DNA of 9,779 nt from the IMG/VR virus record IMGVR_UViG_2740892231_000007. One strand, written 5' to 3'. Origin of the DNA: a virus. Its lineage: Duplodnaviria; Heunggongvirae; Uroviricota; Caudoviricetes. The notes under the pieces were generated by a model that saw only the letters and a list, made by a program, of their open reading frames with translations, had not been told where the DNA came from and searched no databases. Shown here piece by piece: positions 1 to 6,192 of the stretch; the stretch's first letter is position 1; each line of letters starts with the position of its first letter. Made by a program: the position numbers and the translations under genes.

Positions 1-1242
1 ATGGCGAGAAAAACACCCCCATTAACCACGGTGCAGATCAAAGCAGCCAGACCAGCGGAAAAGGAATACACCCTACAGGACGGCGGAGGGCTTTTTCTCC
101 TGGTCAAACCGTCCGGATCAAAACTCTGGCGATTTTCCTACTACCGGCCATCGGACAAAAAAAGAATATTGCTGAGTTTTGGATCGCTTGATGATGTTTC
201 CCTGGCTGATGCCAGAAAACGCCGTAGCGAGTACAGAGCGTTAATCAGTGCCGGAACTGACCCGCAGGGCCATGAGAAGAAAAAACGAGAGGCAGAGGCC
301 CGAAGACAAGGGAACACGTTCGAAAATGTGGCGGCGGCATGGTACCAGGTGAAAATCAGCCAGAATCTGGCCCCCAACACGATTAAAGACATCTGGCGAT
401 CGCTGGATAAATATGTATTCCCGTTCATCGGCAACACCCCAATAGACACCCTGACCGCTCGCAGGTTCGTTGAGGTGCTTACCCCCATCAAGGAGCGCGG
501 CAACCTGGAAACACTCAAACGGGTTTTACAGCGCGTTAATGAGGTAATGGATTACGCCGCCAACAGTGGGCTGATTGATGCCAATCCGGCTATGAATGTG
601 CGTAAGGCGTTCCCCTCCCCTGTAAAAAAACATATGCCAACAATCCGCCCCGAACAGTTGCCGGAGCTTATGCAGGCTTTATCAGTATCGGCAACAGAAC
701 GGCAGACCAGATTACTGATTGAATGGCAGTTACTGACCGTAACCCGTCCCGCCGAAGCGTCATCAACGCGGTGGGATGAAATCGACCTGGACGCGCAACG
801 CTGGACGATACCCGCCGGACGCATGAAGATGCGCAGGGATCACGTTATCCCACTTTCCGGTCAGGCTATGGCGGTGCTGGAGGCCATGAAACCAATCAGC
901 CACCACCGCGATTATGTTTTCCCGAGTCTGAAAGACCCACGGCAGCCAATGAACAGCCAGACAGCAAACGCAGCATTACGACGCATGGGGTTCGCTGGCG
1001 TGCTGGTGTCTCATGGATTACGCGCCATATTCAGTACAGCAGCGAACGAGGAAGGATTCGAGCCGGACGTAATCGAGGCCGCACTTGCCCACGTCGACAC
1101 TAACGAAGTGAGACGGGCATACAACCGGAGCAACTACATAGAAAAACGCGTGGTGCTTATGCGCTGGTGGGGCGAATTTGTCGAGGCTGCGGCGACGGGC
1201 GTAACCCTCGCCAGTGGTAAAAGGGGTATCCGAGCCGTTTAG
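1..1242 (+). CDS. int: Tyrosine recombinase / integrase, P4 (CP4-57) type
   Basis: 413-aa ORF. The N-terminus LTTVQIKAARP..EKEYTLQDGGGLFLLVKPSGSKLWRFSYY is the arm-binding (DUF4102-like) signature. Catalytic motifs are present: R in LTVTRPAE, HxxR in HGLRAIFST, and H..Y in AHVDTNEVRRAYNRSNY. Confidence 0.95.
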   Translation: MARKTPPLTTVQIKAARPAEKEYTLQDGGGLFLLVKPSGSKLWRFSYYRPSDKKRILLSFGSLDDVSLADARKRRSEYRALISAGTDPQGHEKKKREAEARRQGNTFENVAAAWYQVKISQNLAPNTIKDIWRSLDKYVFPFIGNTPIDTLTARRFVEVLTPIKERGNLETLKRVLQRVNEVMDYAANSGLIDANPAMNVRKAFPSPVKKHMPTIRPEQLPELMQALSVSATERQTRLLIEWQLLTVTRPAEASSTRWDEIDLDAQRWTIPAGRMKMRRDHVIPLSGQAMAVLEAMKPISHHRDYVFPSLKDPRQPMNSQTANAALRRMGFAGVLVSHGLRAIFSTAANEEGFEPDVIEAALAHVDTNEVRRAYNRSNYIEKRVVLMRWWGEFVEAAATGVTLASGKRGIRAV

Positions 1243-1247
1243 CTGTA

Positions 1248-1295
1248 CAGAAAACCAGTAAAAACTACGAAAACCATGTAAAACCGTCGTATAAT
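1248..1295 (+). promoter_or_regulatory. Phased A-tract tandem repeat ending in a perfect TATAAT
   Basis: GAAAACC (1250-1256), GTAAAAAC (1258-1265), CGAAAACC (1268-1275) and GTAAAACC (1278-1285) recur about every 10 bp, forming a roughly 20-bp unit repeated twice. TATAAT lies at 1290-1295. The -35 position (ACGAAA) is poor. Confidence 0.4.
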
Positions 1296-1319
1296 TGCAT
1301 CAAATTTAACGACAAGGCC

Positions 1320-1571
1320 GTGAAACATGAAACCGTTAAGATGCAAAAAAATTTCAGATGCAATTGCGACGGGCTGCAACTGGCCCTGATGGTTCAGCAT
1401 GAATTTTGGTCAACCTACGATCCGGAGGACAGAACGACGGCCCCATCAAAAAAACAGGTAGTAGATTTCCTGGTATCCCGTGGGGCATCCAGGAATATGG
1501 CTGAAAGTATCGACAGGGTAGTTCGTCCGGCAACCATGAAGACCGGAGGCAGGCCAAAAAAATGGCGGTAA
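1320..1571 (+). CDS. Hypothetical small protein, possible HTH. The start is uncertain: GTG 1320, ATG 1341 or ATG 1389.
   Basis: 83-aa ORF. The C-terminal part KKQVVDFLVSRGASRNMAESIDRVVRP..GGRPKK looks HTH-like and basic. A strong intrinsic terminator follows. There is no clear SD sequence. Confidence 0.5.
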   Translation: MKHETVKMQKNFRCNCDGLQLALMVQHEFWSTYDPEDRTTAPSKKQVVDFLVSRGASRNMAESIDRVVRPATMKTGGRPKKWR

Positions 1572-1580
1572 CAATCCTCA

Positions 1581-1606
1581 AAGCGGCAGAAATGCCGCTT
1601 TTTTTA
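1581..1606 (+). terminator. Rho-independent terminator
   Basis: 8-bp stem AAGCGGCA / TGCCGCTT with a GAAA loop, followed by a T run (1601-1605). Confidence 0.8.
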
Positions 1607-1645
1607 TAAATCCCTTTCAAATCACCAACATAAAAAACGATTCTA

Positions 1646-1661
1646 ACCGTTTAAAAACGGT
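1646..1661. promoter_or_regulatory. 16-bp palindrome upstream of alpA
   Basis: ACCGTTT-AA-AAACGGT has perfect 7-bp arms. It lies about 80 bp upstream of the alpA ATG. Confidence 0.35.
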
Positions 1662-1703
1662 GGGAACTGTTTTTACCCATATCCGATGATTTACCGTATT
1701 TGT

Positions 1704-1720
1704 CACCGGAATACACCGGA
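1704..1720 (+). repeat. Direct repeat CACCGGA x2 just upstream of the alpA RBS
   Basis: CACCGGA occurs at 1704-1710 and 1714-1720, giving 10-bp spacing. Confidence 0.35.
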
Positions 1721-1738
1721 TTCACAAGGTAAATCACG

Positions 1739-1945
1739 ATGGAAGCAATCAAAAAAGTCATCTTTCGCCAGGAAGTAAAAAAACTTATCCACATCAAGGC
1801 AGACAGCACGCTTCAAAGCATGATCAACGCCGGAGAATTTCCGCAGGGTTTTCGCGTTGGTTTACGCCGTCGCGGATGGTATGAGGAAGACGTAATCGCA
1901 TGGATGAAAGAACGTGAGCAGGAAGCACGCGGAACGGCTGCGTAA
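1739..1945 (+). CDS. alpA: AlpA-family phage/island regulatory protein (MerR-like HTH; excision/induction regulator)
   Basis: 68-aa ORF. KVIFRQEVKKLIHIKADSTLQSMINAGEFPQGFRVGLRRRGWYEEDVIAWM matches the AlpA pattern of HTH, then F-P-x-x, then G-W-x-E-x-x-V-x-x-W. AAGG lies upstream of the ATG. Confidence 0.9.
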   Translation: MEAIKKVIFRQEVKKLIHIKADSTLQSMINAGEFPQGFRVGLRRRGWYEEDVIAWMKEREQEARGTAA

Positions 1946-2095
1946 TGGTGTGAGGCATAACACGATGAACATAACAAAAAGCGCCCCGTTGCCGGAACGC
2001 CCTTGTGAACAATTAACCTGCTGCGCCTTATGTGTATGTGATCCCAAACATAAGCACGGGAATGATAGCCGCTATCAGGCTGGTGGGCAATGTAA

Positions 2096-2275
2096 TTACC
2101 CTTTGGGTTCTATGCCGCGTTGCTGTAATTCTTTGCGGATTATTCGCTTTATCCAGGCAGCAAGAGAATCATCGCCGTCATGTTGTTGTGCCTTTTCCAT
2201 CTTTTCCCGTAAGTCAGGATCTAAACGGAACTGGAACGGAGGATTACCACGCCTTTCGTTTTTGTGTATTGACAC
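2096..2275 (-). CDS. Arc-family ribbon-helix-helix DNA-binding protein (59 aa, GTG start; absent from the ORF track)
   Basis: My translation is MSIHKNERRGNPPFQFRLDPDLREKMEKAQQHDGDDSLAAWIKRIIRKELQQRGIEPKG. The strand-helix-helix pattern PxFxFRLxxxL+EK..A....SL.A.I..+I is typical of Arc/Mnt-like repressors. An in-frame TGA lies 5 codons upstream of the GTG. GAGGTG lies 8 nt upstream. The internal ATG at 2200 would delete the beta-strand. Confidence 0.65.
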   Translation of the reverse strand: MSIHKNERRGNPPFQFRLDPDLREKMEKAQQHDGDDSLAAWIKRIIRKELQQRGIEPKG

Positions 2276-2316
2276 GTTAATTACACCTCATGTAATGTAT
2301 TTATGTGTATTGACAC
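2263..2316. promoter_or_regulatory. Two perfect copies of TGTGTATTGACAC (candidate operators)
   Basis: Copies lie at 2263-2275 and 2304-2316, 41 bp apart. Each has GTGT/ACAC inverted arms and contains TTGACA. Copy 1 overlaps the GTG start of the Arc-like ORF. Copy 2 extends to ATGTGT-ATTG-ACACAT. Confidence 0.5.
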
Positions 2317-2330
2317 ATTACACACAATCA

Positions 2331-2375
2331 ACACAAAAAGCAAAGCCCGCTGGCGCTATGAACACCAACGGGCTT
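2331..2375 (-). terminator. Rho-independent terminator for the leftward transcript
   Basis: On the minus strand, AAGCCCG..CGGGCTT extends to a roughly 13-bp stem with two G-U pairs and is followed by TGCTTTTTGTG. Confidence 0.65.
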
Positions 2376-2494
2376 CTAACCAAACCATTAATTGAGGTAA
2401 CGATTATGGCTATAAAAGAGCATAGCTTACTCTTTATACACACACAAACGCCCCGGAAACAGAATAATCCGTTTCATAGTTCGGTTTTGTGCAC

Positions 2495-2722
2495 TCATCC
2501 TGGCGGTCGGTTTTTGCCGGATTTAAGCCGCCGTGGGTATTTATCGACAAAATCTTCAAGGGCAAATTTTTCTGGTGGCACTAAGCGCGGCGCTGGTGGT
2601 GGTATTTTTGTTCTGGTTAGTTCTTCCTCAAGTCTGGCGCAGGCTTCTGACTGCCTTTGCCGGATGATTTCATCATCTTGCGTTTGCGTGTCTTGTATTG
2701 GTGATAGTGTGTTGTTGGTCAT
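2495..2722 (-). CDS. Hypothetical protein (75 aa, acidic N-terminus, Pro-rich middle, basic C-terminus)
   Basis: The ORF lies 57 nt downstream of the RHH gene on the same strand, with a weak AGGG RBS. I do not recognise a family. Confidence 0.5.
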   Translation of the reverse strand: MTNNTLSPIQDTQTQDDEIIRQRQSEACARLEEELTRTKIPPPAPRLVPPEKFALEDFVDKYPRRLKSGKNRPPG

Positions 2723-2779
2723 GATACTGCCCTGTAAAGCAATGCGCCGTAGTACCTCACACCACGGCGCTGATAGTGA

Positions 2780-2959
2780 TTATTCTGATTCTTTGGCCTT
2801 GCGGCGCTGGCGGCGTTTGATCTCGCCTCGCATGGCTGTAACGATAAATTGCGCAGTGCTCTCGCCTGTTTCTTTTACTTGCTCCATAGCCTCAACAACT
2901 TCATGCGGGGCGCGAGCCTGTAATTTCTGTGATTTGTTATTGATATGGTCTCTTTCCAT
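2780..2959 (-). CDS. Ribbon-helix-helix (CopG/YlcI-like) DNA-binding protein. Candidate satellite repressor. 59 aa, absent from the ORF track.
   Basis: My translation is MERDHINNKSQKLQARAPHEVVEAMEQVKETGESTAQFIVTAMRGEIKRRQRRKAKESE. It shows a strand (LQARAP), two helices and a basic tail. GGGAAG lies upstream of the ATG at 2959. The gene abuts the operator array. Confidence 0.65.
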   Translation of the reverse strand: MERDHINNKSQKLQARAPHEVVEAMEQVKETGESTAQFIVTAMRGEIKRRQRRKAKESE

Positions 2960-2979
2960 TTCTGCTTCCCTTTGTGATT

Positions 2980-3060
2980 ACTGGAATCCAGTATACACGA
3001 AAAAGACCAAAACAAAACGCTTGAAGTGGATTCCACTTAGTGATTATACTGGAATCCAGT
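2980..3060. promoter_or_regulatory. Operator array: three palindromes with consensus A-S-TGGA-W-TCCA-S-T
   Basis: O1 is ACTGGAATCCAGT (2980-2992). O2 is AAGTGGATTCCACTT (3024-3038). O3 is ACTGGAATCCAGT (3048-3060). O1 and O3 share the flank GTGATTA. Centre spacings are 45 and 23 bp. Confidence 0.7.
3021..3050 (+). promoter_or_regulatory. Candidate rightward promoter of the replication operon
   Basis: TTGAAG (3021-3026), an 18-nt spacer, then TATACT (3045-3050). O2 sits in the spacer and O3 overlaps the -10 and the start site. A perfect TATAAT also exists on the minus strand (3048..3043), but its -35 is weak. Confidence 0.5.
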
Positions 3061-3155
3061 TGAGTGTTTATCACTCAATGCAAACGAGGCAGAAAAGGAT
3101 TGCCGTCCTTTCGCAGCCTCTGACCACCAACGATAGCAACAGTATCGAGGTAGCT

Positions 3156-3356
3156 ATGAGAAATCATATCACACACCCGCAAGGGCGGGACCCGCACAAC
3201 CTGAATAAATACATCTGGCGTTTTATCGCCCTGAGCACGGCTAAGCCGCGCGTAATCCACATCGTGGCCACCAGCGAACAGGAAGCCCGTCGGCAATCAC
3301 CGGCTGGCTGCGTGATGGTATTCACTGCCCGTATTCGTCAGGGGGTGGACTTATGA
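3156..3356 (+). CDS. Icd-like (host cell division inhibitor-like) small protein
   Basis: 66 aa: MRNHITHPQGRDPHNLNKYIWRFIALSTAKPRVIHIVATSEQEARRQSPAGCVMVFTARIRQGVDL. The pattern W/F-RF..L...P..-T..SEQEAR-..F.AR matches my recollection of P4-like Icd-like proteins. GAGG lies 6 nt upstream of the ATG. These are the only credible codons of the 480-aa ORF. Confidence 0.6.
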   Translation: MRNHITHPQGRDPHNLNKYIWRFIALSTAKPRVIHIVATSEQEARRQSPAGCVMVFTARIRQGVDL

Positions 3357-3586
3357 GCCAGGAAATCACACTACAACAGGCAGCAGAACGCGCCCACCAA
3401 ATCGAAGTTATTTGCGCACTGGCAGAGGATTACCCTGGCATGATGACCGACAGCGAATCAGGGGCAATCATCGGCTTACTTAAACGCCTTAGCGGTGAGG
3501 TCTGCGTATTCCTGAGCGATGAGCAGGAAAGAAGAACGCTTATTTCTAACGAAAAAAAATGCGGAGGGGTACACCATGTGCAATAA
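3353..3586 (+). CDS. Hypothetical protein (77 aa)
   Basis: ATGA overlap with the upstream stop codon. The composition is acidic and helical-looking. No family recognised. Confidence 0.6.
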   Translation: MSQEITLQQAAERAHQIEVICALAEDYPGMMTDSESGAIIGLLKRLSGEVCVFLSDEQERRTLISNEKKCGGVHHVQ

Positions 3587-4043
3587 CATCCGTCCGGACG
3601 CAACCGCCGCCGCGCTCACTACGCTGATGCTCGCGCTTATTGATATTTCTGTTATTGCTGACAGGGCGCATAAGCACGCCACCAGTGAAACAGAATATGC
3701 AGGGGCTTTCGTTCCTCATTCGCTGGCGGTTATGCAACTTAGTGCTGATATGGCGCTGAATGAGGCCAAAGCCATCCTGATTGCTGATTGTGAAAATGGG
3801 GGGGGGGTTATGCGTGATGATCGTTTTAATTCCCTGAAACAGGAATTTTCCGGCGTTCCTGATGATGCGGCTGATGCGCTTTCGTCAATGCCAGAACTTA
3901 TTAGAGCGGCTTTTTTCTTACTTTCCACGAGAGAATATAAATCAACGGGGCTTGATGTACTGAATATCGCCGCCGATTATGCGGAATATGTGGCAGAGGC
4001 GCGTTACAGAAGAAAATTTCCTGAGGATGTAAGCCATGCGTGA
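3576..4043 (+). CDS. Hypothetical protein (155 aa from ATG 3576; the track start at 3519 is less likely)
   Basis: GGAGGGG lies 6 nt upstream of ATG 3576, and this start overlaps the previous gene by 11 nt. The gene contains the G10 tract. No family recognised. Confidence 0.6.
   Translation: MCNNIRPDATAAALTTLMLALIDISVIADRAHKHATSETEYAGAFVPHSLAVMQLSADMALNEAKAILIADCENGGGVMRDDRFNSLKQEFSGVPDDAADALSSMPELIRAAFFLLSTREYKSTGLDVLNIAADYAEYVAEARYRRKFPEDVSHA
3798..3807 (+). repeat. G10 homopolymer inside a CDS
   Basis: aat ggg ggg ggg gtt encodes N-G-G-G-V. Loss of one G gives a stop after 9 more codons, and gain of one G gives a stop after 3 more codons. Confidence 0.9.
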
Positions 4044-4269
4044 TATTTACCACGAAACAACAGATCGCGTATTTCTTGCACTTTCTCACAGTGAAAATAT
4101 GATGGAAATATTGCGCATATGGCTTGAAACACTTGGCGACAATGAACGCGACAAACAAAAATCAAGAATTGCCACGGCATTAATAACGCTTCTTGAGCCT
4201 GTAATAAATGAGTTGCAGGAAATAGAGACATTGCACGACAGATATAACGAACAGCACACCGGAGAATAA
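4036..4269 (+). CDS. Hypothetical protein (77 aa)
   Basis: The start overlaps the previous stop codon (ATGcgTGA). GAGGA lies upstream. No family recognised. Confidence 0.6.
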   Translation: MRDIYHETTDRVFLALSHSENMMEILRIWLETLGDNERDKQKSRIATALITLLEPVINELQEIETLHDRYNEQHTGE

Positions 4270-4274
4270 AAATA

Positions 4275-4574
4275 ATGAAACTTAAATATTCTGGCTTAAC
4301 TGCCAGTGGCAACACTCACCCTAAATTTACGCGCGGTGATATTTACCGCGACCAGTACGGCGGTACGGTAATGATTAAGGGCGTGGCGGGACGGTGCGTA
4401 ACTTACCGCCGTGAAGGTTACGAATATGATTGCGTGATGCCTGTTTATCAGTTCCGGCGTGATTTTTCTCTGGTACAGACCGCGCCGCATAACGTGCCCA
4501 CCAGCAACGCCAGGGCACGGGCAAACATCCAGAAGCTGAAAACAATGATTAACGGATTCAGGGGTAAAAAATGA
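4275..4574 (+). CDS. Hypothetical protein, tentatively DUF4222-like
   Basis: 99 aa. GDIYRDQYGGTVMIKGVAGRCVTYRREGYEYDCVMPVYQFRRDF resembles my recollection of the prophage DUF4222 pattern Y+D..G..V........V.+.R.GY...C..P...F. The family name is tentative. Confidence 0.55.
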   Translation: MKLKYSGLTASGNTHPKFTRGDIYRDQYGGTVMIKGVAGRCVTYRREGYEYDCVMPVYQFRRDFSLVQTAPHNVPTSNARARANIQKLKTMINGFRGKK

Positions 4575-5980
4575 AACTGGCACCGAACGTAAAACGATTA
4601 CCGAAAGATAAATACACCGATGCGATTATTTTTGCGGGTATTGATGCTCATTCATTCGCAGAGCATTACATCATTGCACAGGCCAAAAAAGCAGGCGATC
4701 CAGTCCCTCCCGTTTATCTGGGGCGTTATCAGTTAAGCGAACTGGATAACCTCCAGATTGTTGATGATGGGCGATACAGGGCGACGGTGATACGCGCCGG
4801 AAATATTGAAGAGCCGCAGCTGTTAACCATCGCCACGAAACTGGCGAGCGCCGGAGTCCAGGAGGCGCGGCTACTTTCTGAAAATTTCGAATTGCTGGAG
4901 GAATGGAGCGACCAGCTTCCACGGCTTAGGGAGGCATGGGAACGCGGGGAAAGCCTGGTCATGAAAAAAATCCCCCAGCGAAAAACCAAGCTACCAATGA
5001 GCGTTGGATCTACCGGATACGACACACAGCTTGATTACGTGGTAAAGGGGATTATTCCGGCATCGTCGCTTTGCAGCATATACGGGGCGAGCGGTTCCTA
5101 TAAATCATTCCTTGCCGGATCGTGGGCGTGTCACGTTTCCACGGGCCGCCAGTGGGGAGGCCGCAGGGTGGCGCATGGCGCTGTTCTCTATGTGGTTGGT
5201 GAAGGCGGTATAGGCGTTCCGCGTCGTGTAAAAGCCTGGGAGGTTGTGCACGATGAGCAGGTGAAAAATCTGTATCTGGTAAACCGTCCCATCTTTCCGG
5301 CTGCCCCGCTTGATATTGATGAAATGGTTATCGCTGCCAGCCAGGTGGAGCGGGAAACGGGTAAACCTGTTCGCATGATTATTCTGGACACGCTGGCGCG
5401 TTGCTTTGGCGGCAATGATGAAAATGACTCCCGCGACATGGGGGGATTTATCCGTGGTTGTGACGAGCTTAAACGGCGCACAGGGGCTACGGTGCTGGTG
5501 GTTCACCATTCCGGCAAGGATGAAACAAAGGGGGCGCGTGGTTCCAGTGCATTTCGTGCATCACTGGACGCTGAATACCGGATACGCAGGGAGGACGCAG
5601 GAAGCGAAGCGCTGGTTATCTCATGCACCAAAATGAAGGACGCGGAGGAACTCAAAGAGGCTGCCTATGATTTGCGGGTGGTGGAGCTTTTTACCGACGC
5701 TGACGGGGAGTTAATCACGTCGCTGGTGGTGGTGGATAAGCCGCGTCCTCCCGTTGAACTGGAGCGCATCGAAGAGGCTGGCAACAAGACGGAGAATCAT
5801 GCTGCGCTATGGGGATGTATCCGGTCACGCACACAGCACGGCGACAAGTGCACGATCCCGCTGTTACGTGACGATATGAAAAAGCTGGGGTACGAAATGA
5901 AAAACTTCAGCCGCTGGCTACGCAAGCTGGAAAAAGACGGGGTTATTTATATCGACGGTGATGATGTAGGCCCTCTGTAA
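4571..5980 (+). CDS. Replication initiator/helicase, RepA / AAA_25 (RecA-like) ATPase with a probable C-terminal winged-helix domain
   Basis: 469 aa with an ATGA overlap with the upstream gene. Motifs: Walker-A-like YGASGSYKSF, Walker B VRMIILDTLARCFGG, and LVVHHSGKDETKGARGSSA typical of RepA-like helicases. The C-terminus LLRDDMKKLGYEMKNFSRWLRKLEKDGVIYI is wHTH-like. The iterons begin at its stop codon. Confidence 0.85.
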   Translation: MKLAPNVKRLPKDKYTDAIIFAGIDAHSFAEHYIIAQAKKAGDPVPPVYLGRYQLSELDNLQIVDDGRYRATVIRAGNIEEPQLLTIATKLASAGVQEARLLSENFELLEEWSDQLPRLREAWERGESLVMKKIPQRKTKLPMSVGSTGYDTQLDYVVKGIIPASSLCSIYGASGSYKSFLAGSWACHVSTGRQWGGRRVAHGAVLYVVGEGGIGVPRRVKAWEVVHDEQVKNLYLVNRPIFPAAPLDIDEMVIAASQVERETGKPVRMIILDTLARCFGGNDENDSRDMGGFIRGCDELKRRTGATVLVVHHSGKDETKGARGSSAFRASLDAEYRIRREDAGSEALVISCTKMKDAEELKEAAYDLRVVELFTDADGELITSLVVVDKPRPPVELERIEEAGNKTENHAALWGCIRSRTQHGDKCTIPLLRDDMKKLGYEMKNFSRWLRKLEKDGVIYIDGDDVGPL

Positions 5981-6182
5981 AAAGTGAGGCGCAAAAGTGA
6001 GGACAATGAGGAATTGCACGAAAAACCCCCTGAACTCCTCACTTTTCAACGTATATATACCCCAAAAAGTGAGGAGCAAAAAAAATCCTTATGGAACATG
6101 CACATACAAAACACAAAAATCTCAAGTGAGACGAAGCGAGACGCTTTAAAAAGTGAGGCGTAAAAGTGAGCATGAGTGAGGA
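5979..6182. other. Origin of replication (iteron array)
   Basis: Copies of AAAGTGAGG lie at 5981-5989, 5994-6002, 6066-6074 and 6150-6158. Variants are AATGAGG (6005-6011), inverted CCTCACTTT (6037-6045), AAGTGAGACG/AAGCGAGACG in tandem (6124-6143), AAAGTGAGC (6163-6171) and GAGTGAGG (6174-6181). AT-rich GTATATATAC (6051-6060) and an A-rich tract (6078-6120) lie between the clusters. Confidence 0.75.
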
Positions 6183-6192
6183 GATAACCAAA

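Noticed and set aside
141..1620. Minus-strand ORFs inside int and over the 1320 ORF and its terminator (141-518, 552-824, 1354-1620)
   Set aside because: They are shadow ORFs opposite well-supported coding sequence. The antisense ORFs inside the helicase and capsid genes are rejected for the same reason.
2032..2280. 82-aa plus-strand ORF with a hydrophobic N-terminus (possible small membrane protein)
   Set aside because: It is exactly antisense to the 59-aa ORF, which has a clear Arc-type RHH signature, an RBS and an in-frame upstream stop codon. It has no RBS of its own. Strand-specific data could reverse this call.
2427..2477. Minus-strand ORF in the 2380-2494 gap, first read as a 53-aa hydrophobic toxin-like peptide
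   Set aside because: On careful re-reading it stops after 16 codons (MKRIILFPGRLCVYKE) and has no RBS. My first translation had a slipped frame.
1914..3356. 480-aa ORF, the second-longest ORF in the track (only the 639-aa 7321-9240 ORF is longer)
   Set aside because: The translation is Cys/Ser-rich and low in complexity. The ORF starts inside alpA and runs through a terminator hairpin, two operator regions and a divergent promoter. It is antisense to three better-supported minus-strand genes. Only its last 66 codons (3156-3356), which have their own RBS and an Icd-like sequence, look real.
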